The notes beneath the pieces were generated by a model. It was not told where the DNA came from, ran no database searches, and saw nothing but the letters and a program-made list of their open reading frames with translations. From Candidatus Moraniibacteriota bacterium (lineage in GTDB: Bacteria > Patescibacteriota > Minisyncoccia > Moranbacterales > GCA-2747515), in assembly GCA_046116545.1 (NCBI GenBank), contig CP175956.1, positions 385,734 to 449,733 on the forward strand: a stretch of 64,000 bases of DNA, in the 5' to 3' direction. Position numbers and translations under genes: made by a program. Below are positions 30,226-41,000 of this stretch, piece after piece (position 1 is the first letter of the stretch; every line of letters begins with the position of its first letter).

Positions 30226-31623
30226 TTATTTTAATTTATCAGCTAAATACTTTTGAAGATTTTCAAGGTTTACATTTTCTTGTTCCATAGTATCACGATT
30301 TCTTACTGTAACTATACCTGTTTCTAGTGTATTAAAATCAATTGTTACACAGTATGGAGTTCCAATTTCATCTTGACGACGATAACGTTTTCCTACATTT
30401 CCATTATCATCAAACTCACACATGTATTGCATTTTTAGTTCATCAAACACTTCTCGTGCTTTTGCTACAAGCTCTGGTTTATTTTTCATAAGTGGAAACA
30501 CTGCAACTTTTACTGGCGCTAGATTTACAGGTAATTTCAAAACTGTTCGTGACTTTCCTTCTCCCAAATCCTCCTCTACATAGGAATCTGTAAGCACTGC
30601 CAAAAATGTTCTATCAACTCCAACAGACGTTTCTACTACATGAGGTACAAAAACTTCATTTGTTTGTGGATTTCTATATTCCAATTTCTTTCCAGAATGT
30701 TTCGCATGTTGAGTTAAATCATAATCACCTCTTGCATGCACACCTTCAAGCTCTTTAAAACCAAATGGAAACTTGTACTCAATGTCCCATGCAGCTTTTG
30801 CATAAAAAACAAGATTTTCATGCTCGTGCCATTTCAAATTTTCTTCTTTGATTCCCAAGTCGAGATAATACTGCCATCTTTTCTCTCTCCACTGTTCATA
30901 CATTTCCATAGCATCATCAGGATGTACAAACATCTGCATCTCCATCTGTTCAAATTCTCGTTTACGGAAAATAAATTGCCGTGCAGTAATCTCATTTCTA
31001 AAAGCCTTACCAACCTGTGCAATTCCAAAAGGAACTTTCACACGAGTTGAATCCATTACATTTTTAAAATTAATATAAATACCCTGACAAGTTTCACCTC
31101 TTAAATATGTAGGCTCTTTATCCCAATCTCCTGTAAAATTTCCTAGATTTGATTGTACAAGTAAATTAAAGTTTTTTGATTCAGAAAAATCACTACTCCC
31201 ACACTTTGGACAACGTAATTTTTCTTTATTCTCCACCAATAGAATGTTAATCTCTTCTTCTGTCATTTTCTCATCAGCAAATACCCCAGCATCTTCCAAA
31301 AGATGGTCAACTCTCACACGAGAGTGGCACTGCTTACATTCAGAAAGTGGATCACTAAATCCACCCACATGCCCAGAAGCTTCCCATACCTTTGGATGCA
31401 TAAAAATACTACTATCAAGTCCTACAATATTATCATTCTCCTGTACCATAGCTTTCCACCAAGCTTCTCGAATATTTTTAGCAAGTTCAGTACCATAAGG
31501 ACCAAAGTCATAAACAGCAGCAAACCCACCATAAATTTCACTAGAACCAAATACAAAACCACGTCGCTTCGCAAAACTCACTATTTTTTCCATTAATTTA
31601 TCATCTTTTTTTTCCTCACTCAT
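30226..31623 (-). CDS. glyQS: Glycine--tRNA ligase (alpha2 type)
   Basis: KRRGF..SSEIYGG, YLRGETCQG, FRNEI..QFIFR.REFEQME, GKRYRRQDEIGTP; upstream T-box. Confidence 0.96.
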   Translation of the reverse strand: MSEEKKDDKLMEKIVSFAKRRGFVFGSSEIYGGFAAVYDFGPYGTELAKNIREAWWKAMVQENDNIVGLDSSIFMHPKVWEASGHVGGFSDPLSECKQCHSRVRVDHLLEDAGVFADEKMTEEEINILLVENKEKLRCPKCGSSDFSESKNFNLLVQSNLGNFTGDWDKEPTYLRGETCQGIYINFKNVMDSTRVKVPFGIAQVGKAFRNEITARQFIFRKREFEQMEMQMFVHPDDAMEMYEQWREKRWQYYLDLGIKEENLKWHEHENLVFYAKAAWDIEYKFPFGFKELEGVHARGDYDLTQHAKHSGKKLEYRNPQTNEVFVPHVVETSVGVDRTFLAVLTDSYVEEDLGEGKSRTVLKLPVNLAPVKVAVFPLMKNKPELVAKAREVFDELKMQYMCEFDDNGNVGKRYRRQDEIGTPYCVTIDFNTLETGIVTVRNRDTMEQENVNLENLQKYLADKLK

Positions 31624-31630
31624 AATTTCA

Positions 31631-31828
31631 TTATTTAAGAATTATTTTATAATCATCAACTTCACTTATATCTTTAAGACCATCAACATGTACATGTTCT
31701 TCTGACCATTTATTTAATAATTTTTCTTTAGCCTTATCCACATCTTCTGCAACAACAAATTCTAGTTTATGCTCTTCCACAATATTTCCCGTAAGTGCTT
31801 TCCCTAAAAAACCTACAAAAAGTTTCAT
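31631..31828 (-). CDS. DUF1543-like small protein
   Basis: KLF..FLG....N.VEEH...FVV.E......L..KW....HVD....I.EVD.Y.I.L pattern. Confidence 0.6.
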   Translation of the reverse strand: MKLFVGFLGKALTGNIVEEHKLEFVVAEDVDKAKEKLLNKWSEEHVHVDGLKDISEVDDYKIILK

Positions 31829-31844
31829 GATATTCTGCCTTTAA

Positions 31845-31997
31845 AATAAAAACTCGTCCTGATAATTCCAAAATTTACTTTGAAATAATCAGGACGAGTA
31901 TCAAGCCCGCGGTTCCACCTGTGTTTTTGAATAACTATTTATCCAAACTCTCTATAATTGTAATTTCCATCCATAGGCACGCCACTACCTATCAGTA
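31845..31997 (-). promoter_or_regulatory. T-box riboswitch (Gly) with very short Stem I
   Basis: AGGTGGAACCGCG T-box (31920-31908); terminator CTCGTCCTGAT..ATCAGGACGAG-TTTTT; GGC in the loop of hairpin ATAGGTA-gtGGCg-TGCCTAT; TTGACT promoter at about 32033. Confidence 0.8.
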
Positions 31998-32049
31998 ATA
32001 TACTTAATATATCATCAATTTCTAAAAAGTCAATCTGTAATTCCCATTT

Positions 32050-32231
32050 TAAAACAAACAAAAATGGTAACATTGTACCATTTTTTGTTTCTGTCTTTGT
32101 TTTTATTTTTATTTTTGTAGGTGTTTTTTATGGGCGGTTGTTTTAAAAAACAAAAAGTGAGTCGAGGCTACCTAAACGCCTTTACTCACCCGTTATAAAT
32201 ACATTATAGCATGATTTTTAGCCCTGGTCAA
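32050..32231 (-). ncRNA. Candidate small RNA / orphan leader with its own promoter
   Basis: TTGACC, 17 nt, TG-extended TATAAT; then GGGTGAGT...ACTCACT-TTTT hairpin, A-rich linker and a terminal hairpin; no credible ORF. Confidence 0.35.
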
Positions 32232-32400
32232 TTATAATGACTCCCAAACCCTTTGTTTAAGCTAAAACTATGCCCTTTACATGTTTACTTTTTAATTCTT
32301 ATATAAAATTCTTATTTTATTAAGTAAATTACTTTCAAGAATACTTATAAACTAATGCTCATAATATCTACTTAAACTAATAATTTGTACTATTTATAGT

Positions 32401-33120
32401 TTATTTCATACCTATTACAGACATCATTACATTAAAATCAGCTCCATCACGCCTAGCTGAGTAGAAATTACTATTATCTGCAAATGTACACAAGCCACAA
32501 TCATGCATATTAGCTTCATTTATCCCAAAAATTTCAGATTGATCAAAAATTATTTGTCTCAAGTCAATTTTTACCTTTTCGATTGTACTTCCCTTTATTA
32601 CATATTTATCTTGATTATAAAAACCAAATTCTGAAATCAGTTCTTCAAATCCAAAATCAAAATATTCTTTTGATATACCAGGTCCAATAGTTACTTTTAT
32701 ATTTTCCAGCTGCGCCCCCTCTCCCAACATCACATTTAATGTTCTAGGAACTATGTCATTCACTATGCCTCGCCAACCAGCATGTGCAATCCCTATTACA
32801 TCATTATGATTGTCATACATAAATACAGGGTAACAATCTGCTGATGTAACAGATAAATATGTATTTTTTTTACTCGTAACTAATGCATCTGTTTTATCTA
32901 TATTTTTGTCAGAATTTTTATTTACAACAGCAACATTCGTTGTATGTTCTACACACGCACTTACCACATCTTCATATTTTATATTATTTTGTTCACAAAA
33001 TTCTTTACGATTTTTTAAAGCCTCCTTAGTTGAATAATCTCCTTTTAGCTTCATATTTCCGTCATTTTTTGTAGACATTCCAGCAATGATGTCCTCATGT
33101 TGAGAGAAAAATTTATACAT
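32401..33120 (-). CDS. pgeF: Peptidoglycan editing factor / purine nucleoside phosphorylase (YfiH/PgeF family)
   Basis: DALVT, ADCYPV, AHAGWRG, IGPGI, CT, FYSARR. Confidence 0.85.
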   Translation of the reverse strand: MYKFFSQHEDIIAGMSTKNDGNMKLKGDYSTKEALKNRKEFCEQNNIKYEDVVSACVEHTTNVAVVNKNSDKNIDKTDALVTSKKNTYLSVTSADCYPVFMYDNHNDVIGIAHAGWRGIVNDIVPRTLNVMLGEGAQLENIKVTIGPGISKEYFDFGFEELISEFGFYNQDKYVIKGSTIEKVKIDLRQIIFDQSEIFGINEANMHDCGLCTFADNSNFYSARRDGADFNVMMSVIGMK

Positions 33121-33134
33121 TATATTAATTTTAA

Positions 33135-34253
33135 TTATTTTTTATTTTGTAACATATCCATCAATTTTATAAAGAATTTCAAATTGTGTAAAGCTGCCAT
33201 TTGCGCTCCGAGGGGCTCACCCACTTTAAATAAATGATGGATATACCCCCTAGTATAATTTTGACATGCGTAACAATCACATTTTTCATCAATTGGCGTA
33301 AAGTCATCTTTAAATTTAGCATTTCCTATATTCATAGTACTATAAAAATCTCCGCTCTCATCAATTTTTATATCATTATGCACAAATAATCTACCATGTC
33401 TTCCTTCTCTAGTCGGTATAACACAATCAAACATATCCCATCCTAAGTTATGACATTTTACAATATCTAATGGCGTACCAATACCAAGAGCAAATCGTGG
33501 ACTTTCTTCTGGCATAAATGATGCTGTCTTAGCTACAATTTCTTCCATGAAATTACCCTCATCATCCACATGTCGTCCACCAAAACTATATCCATCAAAA
33601 CCAATTTTAACTAATTCCTTTGCACACTTCTCTCGCAAATAGACAAAGGGTCCACCCTGCACAACTGCAAAGAGTAATGGTCGTGTACTATCATCAAAAC
33701 CTCTTGCTTTAACTTGTTTATCAAATTCAACTCTGCAACGTCCAGCCCACCGAATAGTTCTATCGACCGCTGCAATAATTTCATCTTCTGGAGCATTGTT
33801 TGGACGAGGATCATCTAGCAATACCATCATATCAACTCCCAAATCAAACTGAATTTGAATTGCTTTTTCTGGTGTAAGTAAGTGTTTTGAACCATCTAAT
33901 ACACTTTTAAAAACGGCCCCTTCTTCTGTAATTTTACCAAGCTTTGCATTCTTGTGTATTAAAGAATAAACTTGATATCCTCCACTATCTGATAGAAGTG
34001 GTCCATCCCAATTCATAAATTCATGAACTCCCCCAGCATCCTTCATCAAATCCATTCCCGGCTGTAAAAGTAAATGATAAGTATTTACCACCATAGGATG
34101 TACACCAACACTTTTTAACTGCTCATTAGTAATTCCTCTAATACTTGCCCGAGTAGCATCCGGCATGAAAAACGGCGTTTGAATATCACCCTTACGAGTT
34201 TTCAAAATGCCAACCCTAGCTTTATTATTTTGTTCTTTAATTTCAAAATGCAT
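33135..34253 (-). CDS. tgt: tRNA-guanine transglycosylase
   Basis: TPFFMP, NTYHL, DSGGYQ, VVQGG, DMFDCVIPTR, CDCYAC..H zinc site. Confidence 0.92.
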   Translation of the reverse strand: MHFEIKEQNNKARVGILKTRKGDIQTPFFMPDATRASIRGITNEQLKSVGVHPMVVNTYHLLLQPGMDLMKDAGGVHEFMNWDGPLLSDSGGYQVYSLIHKNAKLGKITEEGAVFKSVLDGSKHLLTPEKAIQIQFDLGVDMMVLLDDPRPNNAPEDEIIAAVDRTIRWAGRCRVEFDKQVKARGFDDSTRPLLFAVVQGGPFVYLREKCAKELVKIGFDGYSFGGRHVDDEGNFMEEIVAKTASFMPEESPRFALGIGTPLDIVKCHNLGWDMFDCVIPTREGRHGRLFVHNDIKIDESGDFYSTMNIGNAKFKDDFTPIDEKCDCYACQNYTRGYIHHLFKVGEPLGAQMAALHNLKFFIKLMDMLQNKK

Positions 34254-34262
34254 AATATTAAT

Positions 34263-34294
34263 TGTCATTGCGAGGAGGTACGACGAAGCAATCT
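34263..34294. repeat. RPE-like half element
   Basis: TGTCATTGCGAGGAGGTACGACGAAGCAATCT. Confidence 0.65.
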
Positions 34295-34418
34295 TGATAA
34301 ATTTATCTAAATCTCGACAAGACCAATCTCCTTATTGAATCTAAACAATACCACCAAAATACTCAAAAATCAATGCTAACGTTTGTAATTATTCAGGTTT
34401 ATCTTATAAATAGTAGCC

Positions 34419-34514
34419 TGTCATTCCAGAAATAACATTGTCCGGAATCTTTCGAGTGTGTTTAAATGAATTCTTGTATTATAGTATTAGATTCCTGCCT
34501 TCGCAGGAAAGACA
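34419..34514. repeat. REP/RPE-like element
   Basis: TGTCATTCC...GGAATCT ... AGATTCCTGCCTTCGCAGGAAAGACA. Confidence 0.6.
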
Positions 34515-34543
34515 ATTGGAGAGCCTTGAATAGTTACTAAAGT

Positions 34544-35245
34544 TTAGCCTACAATAAATCTCAACAATGCCTCACTGCTATAAAAATTTCGATCTGCCTT
34601 TTTTATAAGTAAATTTCTTTGAACATTTCCCCAAAAGCCCCAAAATTCATCGGCTACACCACTTTTCTTGATAAGATAATCACTATTACCATCTCCCACA
34701 CAAATGACTTTTTTATATAAATGTTTAGATTTAATATCTCTCGCTACTTCAACTTTACCATTATTATTAATTAATTTATTATTGTTATCAAATCCGATAA
34801 CAATACCTCTATCTTTAATAAATTCATTAGCAAACGTTGCCTCCATCCCAACACCGAGTTCACGAGCAACAATAGAAACATTATCCATGAAACCACCTGA
34901 CACAATAAATACCGCTCCCCCCGCATTATAAATAAATTCTATAATTTTTTTAAAATTGAAATCTATGTGCTGCAACAAAATTTCATCGTTGTATAAATCG
35001 ATGTGTTTTTGTGAAATTTGCACACTCTCAAATCTTCTATTTAGTGACTCTTGGAAATTAATTTCTCCATTCATTCCCAAATCAGTAATTTCCTTAACTT
35101 TTTGAATTATTAATTCTTTACTCTCCTGACTATCACACTGATCTCCGTCATTAATTGCTATCCCAATAATGTCATCTAATGTCTCTGTTTTTACCAAAGT
35201 AGAATCAATATCAAATATAAAAATTGTATTTTTTAGATTCTTCAT
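34544..35245 (-). CDS. HAD-IB phosphoserine-phosphatase-like protein
   Basis: FDIDSTL, IT..GMNG...F.ESL..R, VSGGF, FAN, VGDGNSD. Confidence 0.8.
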   Translation of the reverse strand: MKNLKNTIFIFDIDSTLVKTETLDDIIGIAINDGDQCDSQESKELIIQKVKEITDLGMNGEINFQESLNRRFESVQISQKHIDLYNDEILLQHIDFNFKKIIEFIYNAGGAVFIVSGGFMDNVSIVARELGVGMEATFANEFIKDRGIVIGFDNNNKLINNNGKVEVARDIKSKHLYKKVICVGDGNSDYLIKKSGVADEFWGFWGNVQRNLLIKKADRNFYSSEALLRFIVG

Positions 35246-35256
35246 TTATACATCAA

Positions 35257-36486
35257 TTACCCAAACATCAACCATTCTGGCTTCAATACTAACAATAGAC
35301 CTAATACTAACATAAGAATCCCCCCTATAAGTGTAGATAATTTTGAATATTTTGCGCCTACTGTATGGAATTTTTCAAATCCAAATATTGCTAGACCAAA
35401 TATCAAGAAATCATCTGCCATGTAAAAGAGTGTATATATAAATATATAAAATTGTCGTCCTAAAAATGTAAGATCGTTTAGTTCTAGTATTTTTGTAAAT
35501 GATTGTGCAATCCCTACTGAGCAAGCAAATTCTATAATATTTACTGAAAATGCAATTCCTAGTACTGCTAGGGTTGTGATAATTGTTATGGGTTTTGCTA
35601 CTACATCTTGAATTTTTTTGGTTGTTTTTTGTTGATGTTCAAAACTTGTAACATCACATGTCAAATCTCCTTTGCTTTTATACCATTTGCGCAAAAAGTA
35701 TATACCCGCAGCAACTGCCAACAATCCAACCATAGGAGTTACCCATCTATCAAGTGCTATAAAATCCCATGTTTGATACCATACATTTAATATGAAAAAA
35801 TACATGATAGCCTCAGCAAGTATGAATAAGCTTACTAAGTAAGCCATCTTCTTTTTATCTCCTATCTGAGAAAGGATTATTAAAAAGGTTAACAAAACCC
35901 ACATAGCACACGGATTAAATCCGTCTATAAATCCAAGTATTGCAGACATGGTAAGTAACGATGTTTCTTGAATATTGATTTCTCCAAAAAATGGTAATGT
36001 CATAACTGATTCATTTGAAGTACTATCTATAGAGCAAGTTGCAGCACTTTCTACACTACAAGAATAGTCTGCGTTGTCATTATTTGCACTTGCAGTTTCT
36101 GATATATAAAAATCCAATCCATAATCTTCATCATCCTCACTGTGTGCTAAGATTTTCTCACCTGTTGTCTTTTCATTGAATCCAACTAGTACTTCTGCTC
36201 CCACTAATGTAATAGGTGTAACTTTTGAAAGTTTATATTTTTCAACAACACTCTTCCAGATATCTTTATTTTTAGTCTCCCCAATATCAAGTAAAGTTAC
36301 TTCAAAATTATTTTTTATATTTTCATTATTTTCTAAAAACTTTTCTTCCTTTGCACAATTACTGCAACCTTCTCTGACAAATACAATCACTTCTGTTTTA
36401 TTTTCATTTTGAGCCATTACAAAAGAACCAGTATTTAAAAATACTGCTCCAAAAATAAACAATCCTATGATTATTTTCTTTATCAT
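35257..36486 (-). CDS. Glutaredoxin-like domain + cytochrome-c-biogenesis-type TM domain
   Basis: Signal peptide, CSNC, DGFNPCAMWVL, EFAC, multiple TM helices. Confidence 0.8.
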   Translation of the reverse strand: MIKKIIIGLFIFGAVFLNTGSFVMAQNENKTEVIVFVREGCSNCAKEEKFLENNENIKNNFEVTLLDIGETKNKDIWKSVVEKYKLSKVTPITLVGAEVLVGFNEKTTGEKILAHSEDDEDYGLDFYISETASANNDNADYSCSVESAATCSIDSTSNESVMTLPFFGEINIQETSLLTMSAILGFIDGFNPCAMWVLLTFLIILSQIGDKKKMAYLVSLFILAEAIMYFFILNVWYQTWDFIALDRWVTPMVGLLAVAAGIYFLRKWYKSKGDLTCDVTSFEHQQKTTKKIQDVVAKPITIITTLAVLGIAFSVNIIEFACSVGIAQSFTKILELNDLTFLGRQFYIFIYTLFYMADDFLIFGLAIFGFEKFHTVGAKYSKLSTLIGGILMLVLGLLLVLKPEWLMFG

Positions 36487-36524
36487 AAACTTTAAATTTA
36501 TCAAAATAGCAAAAACTACTTATT

Positions 36525-37391
36525 TTATTCTAATCCTGCAAATAACTTTATTTTGTTATATACAACATCATAAACTTTTTGTCTTGGAATGTCCATATAC
36601 TTATACGGCGCAACTGAATCATTTCTTTCAAGTGACTCTTCTAAACCATCTCGAAAAGCTTTTCTTATTTCTGTATTTACATGCACAATTGAAATTCCAG
36701 CTTTAATTCCTGCTCGTAAATCATTATCTGTTATACCTGAGCCACCGTGTAACACCAAATGACAATTGCTTACATTTGCAATATTTCCAACAAGCTCTGC
36801 ATCAATATGTGGATTTCCATCTTTAACTACTCCATGAATGTTTCCTACTGAGGGTGCAAATATATCTACGCCTGTTTCATCTACAAACTTTTGTGCAATC
36901 TCTGGAGTTGTCTTATCTTCACCTGCTCCCTCCGGTATTTCATCAAGTAATGCACTCGATGAACCAATGTAACCAAGTTCAGCTTCAACTAGAATAGTTC
37001 TATTTTCTTCTTCTGCTATATAATTTGCATGATCAACAACCTCTTTTGTCATTGCAACATTTTCATCAAATGACAACTTTGAACCGTCTATCATAACACT
37101 ATCAAATCCTGCATCAATACACTCTTTTACACCTTCTACATCATGAGTATGATCTGCATTCATAAAGATTGGATAATCAAATTCATTACGAATACTTTGC
37201 ACCAATGATGCTGCCTGTCGTACTCCTATAAACTTTCTTTCACCTTCTGATACACCTATGATTACAGGTTGTTTCAAATCTCGTGCTGCTTCAAATATTG
37301 CCCATAAAGCTTCGACATTTGAAATGTTAAAATGTCCTATTGCAACACCATCCTTTTTTGCTTTTTCTAAATAGTTGTATAAATTATGCAT
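36525..37391 (-). CDS. fba: Class II fructose-bisphosphate aldolase
   Basis: NADH, GFDSVMIDGS, VEAELG.IG, GNIHG, LVLHGGSG, VNTE. Confidence 0.9.
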   Translation of the reverse strand: MHNLYNYLEKAKKDGVAIGHFNISNVEALWAIFEAARDLKQPVIIGVSEGERKFIGVRQAASLVQSIRNEFDYPIFMNADHTHDVEGVKECIDAGFDSVMIDGSKLSFDENVAMTKEVVDHANYIAEEENRTILVEAELGYIGSSSALLDEIPEGAGEDKTTPEIAQKFVDETGVDIFAPSVGNIHGVVKDGNPHIDAELVGNIANVSNCHLVLHGGSGITDNDLRAGIKAGISIVHVNTEIRKAFRDGLEESLERNDSVAPYKYMDIPRQKVYDVVYNKIKLFAGLE

Positions 37392-37983
37392 TCTTTTTTT
37401 TATTATTTTTTAATTTATTTTTCTTTTCTTCTTTCTTTAAAAATTGTTTAAATTTCCATTGTCTAATGTATTTGAACCATGCATACAAAAGTCCTGTAGC
37501 AATTGCTATAAACCCTACAAAAAATAACCATAGATTTGTATCTATTGAAAATCTCAATCTACTATTAACAAGAATTAATACTAAATATTGCACAAGCAAC
37601 ATGAGCACTCCAATATACCAAGAATAAATCTTATAAATTCTTTGTGGTTGATAATGCGCAAATACTTGAAATATAAAGAAACAAAGAACTGTCACACCAG
37701 TGACAATAATCGCATAAGAATTCATTTGAGTAAAAGTTTCTGCATCAGAGTTAAACGCAACAATTGGAAACCATCCCCATATTTTTTCTATATGCCATTG
37801 TTGAACAAACATGAATGCAAAAAGAAATGTAAAAAATAATCTAAATACTAATAAGTATAGTGCTACAAAAAGTGTATGTTCAAAAAACATGTCCCATGAA
37901 AAAAACAAAGGACATGTTTTATCTGCACTATCAAGATTTACCTTTGATATTTCTGCTTGATTTTTTACAATTTTTTTGTTCAT
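37384..37983 (-). CDS. Hypothetical multi-pass membrane protein
   Basis: About 4 hydrophobic segments; overlaps the fba start. Confidence 0.65.
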   Translation of the reverse strand: MNKKIVKNQAEISKVNLDSADKTCPLFFSWDMFFEHTLFVALYLLVFRLFFTFLFAFMFVQQWHIEKIWGWFPIVAFNSDAETFTQMNSYAIIVTGVTVLCFFIFQVFAHYQPQRIYKIYSWYIGVLMLLVQYLVLILVNSRLRFSIDTNLWLFFVGFIAIATGLLYAWFKYIRQWKFKQFLKKEEKKNKLKNNKKKNA

Positions 37984-38015
37984 ATGTCAATATTATAACA
38001 TACGTGTACTTTTTT

Positions 38016-41000
38016 TTACAATCCACTGATCTCTAATTGGAAGTCTCTTGAGATTTGTGGACCACCTACAGATCCTATATCTACATTAAATATAAAGTCC
38101 ATTGTTTCCAATGCTCCACTACTTCTTTCATGTGTGAAGTATGTTGCAACATCATTGCTACTGTCAAATACTGATTGTGTAACTGCATCTACTGGTGTAA
38201 CTCCTGGAAATGGTGGAAATGTAAACTGATTATTTATTGTCTGACTTGGCACTTCAAATAAATCTAAGTCTGCCTGGGTAAAGACACTTCCATCTGATAC
38301 ATTTTCAAAAGTTGTAAATACTTGTGAACCATTGAGTCCTGCATCACTTGTTAATGATTTCAATGTTCTATATCTTTCACTCGTTCCACTTGTAGCTCCC
38401 TCAATTAAAATTGTAGGACTGTTTAACTGGTCATCTAAAAGTGTTGGCACATAATAACCTGTCTTTACATAATTAATTTTTGGAGCATATGCTTGATTAT
38501 TTGTACGTAAATATATTCTCATTTTCACACAACTGTGATCACTGAAATTATCATCAAATAATATTTGCTGTGTATTTGTTGTACGAGTTACATATGGAAG
38601 TGACACATCAACAGATGTTGCTAATGTTGTTGGTGCTACATTGATATATGATCCATAACTAGCAGTTGCACACGTTGGACTTGGATCAGCACTTGCTACC
38701 TCAACCGTTACTTGTTCTACACCATTTGCACCTGAACGAGAGTTTGTAATTTCCTCCCAAGTTACATCTCTCCAATAAGTATGTTCTCCATATATCAAAG
38801 CACTTGTATCAAATGTATATTCAGCATAAGCTTCAAAATCAATTCCAGCAGTTGTGCTATCTTTTCCTGATTCGTAAAATAATCCCTGCTCATCTGCATC
38901 ATCTACATTCTCCACATTAGGTTCTATATAAGCTCTCTTCCTTACCTGTGGCCATGTTAACCATGACGTTTCATCAGTTACTGATGAATTTAAATGATGT
39001 TCATAATATGCATACACTGGCTCATCACAAGTCATATGATATCCTGCTTGAAAATATGCACCATCTGAAGTGTCATCTCCACCTATATGAATATTATTTG
39101 GGTAAGGATCAGTTTGAGCACCTCCAGTTTGTGGTGGAATATTATCCATAGTACCTGTTGCATCAATTGTGATTTCAGTACCTGTATCATCATAAACGCG
39201 ACACGTTACATTTGCATCACGAGCTACTATCGCCATATACTGAGTAGGATTTGAAACTACATATTCACGAGAAAACTCTTTTTGTGATAAAAATGTCACA
39301 ACTTCATTTCCATCTGAATCAGCATAACTAGTTGCCCCAATTGGTGCATCAGATACAATGTGATATCCAAGAGCTGTACCTTGTGAGCCTCCACCTGATT
39401 CTGTGTATGCAAAATTATTTGCAGCATTAAGCACAACACTTGTTGATGTACCATCACTCCTATAAAGTGTCACATTTGCATCACTACTCGCTCCTAGTAA
39501 TACTGAACCTGTGCCAACACCATAAATTTCATACTCACCAGAATCTTCTTCTAATCCAAGGTGTGTCGGATATAAAATATTTGAGTCATTGCTACTTGCT
39601 TGATGAAAGCCTAGAATTGGTTCATCAGAAATAATTTTAAAGACTCGAGTATTTACAATATCTTGTACTACTGTTTGTACTGTTCCTGTTGATACAGTAA
39701 CTGTTTGAAGTGTTGTCCATCCTGCTCCAGAACTTTCTTGTATCTGCACAGTTGCATCTGCAAATGGCGCGTAAAAACTAAACACATCATTTCCCCTATC
39801 AACTCTATATGTAAATTCTGTACCAGCATACGCAATAGGTAACGCAGAATCTGTACCATCTCCATCAAATCCAATGTGAAGTGGGCCTGTTACAGAGTAT
39901 GAATCTGTCTGTAAAATACCTGATCCAAAAGGTGCTGTGATAATCTCTCCTTCATCCACAATTTGTGTAGTAAAGCTATCGTTTATACTATTATTATCTG
40001 TAAAAGATATGATTGATAATGTTTCACCAACAGCACGCTCATCTACAACATAATAATTTGCCTTTTGTGTTGCTGTGTGAAAAATTCCATTATAATCACC
40101 AGTTGTTAGAAGGGATGATGTTGGCCCTGTCTCCCATTTTTCTACTAAATAATTTTCAATTTCAGCCACTTCTATAGTTGTTAAATTACCGTCAAAAACT
40201 AACATTTCTCCCAAACTCATACTCTGAGGTCGTCCACCACCAGCTTGTGAACCTACATTAAATGTTCTTCCTCTCCCTCTAAATGAATCTCCATTTGTAT
40301 CACTAACAATTGTTGTGCCATCACGTGCAATAATACGATCTCCTCCATCATGAGCTTCAAATCGTAGTACATGATATGTTGTGGTGTCCCCACCATACGC
40401 ACCAGATAGTGCACCTCCACCATTAGTATTTGCTTGGAACTCTACATTAGTTACATTTGGCGCACGACCTTCATATTGACCTGCTTGAATTGTCTCATTA
40501 AACAATGTGCCATCTTCTGGCAAAACAAGGTTTTTAAATGCTACAAAAGTATAAGTATCTGTATACGTTGTGCCACTTACCCAAAGCCCACTTCCATCTT
40601 CCATGTAGCTACCATTAAACTCGATTACTTGATTACCTCCATCAGTTGTAAGAGTTGGCTGACTACCCGCATTACTCTGATCTACATGGTTTGCATTTCC
40701 AGATTTGTCATCCCAATTTGTAACACTTGTACCAGTTGTTGTAATTGTTGAAGTATCCGCTGCATCAAGCCATAAAATAGGATTGTATGCCCCCAAATTA
40801 ATTCCTGGATTATAATAAATATAAAATGTTGCTGTACTTGTAGCTGCAATCGTAGGAACCTTAACCCATGTATACCCAGTTGCTGCAGTATCATTAAAAT
40901 CTTCAAGTGCATATACAATATTATCAGTCCCGTCACCAATACTACCCGCAACACGTATATCTCCACCATCTGTCTGCGTGTGTCCAAACATATGAGAAAC

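Noticed and set aside
32170-32193. 16S rRNA-like string ACGGGTGAGTAA
   Set aside because: Only about 12 nt identical with no flanking rRNA similarity; explained as one arm of a hairpin
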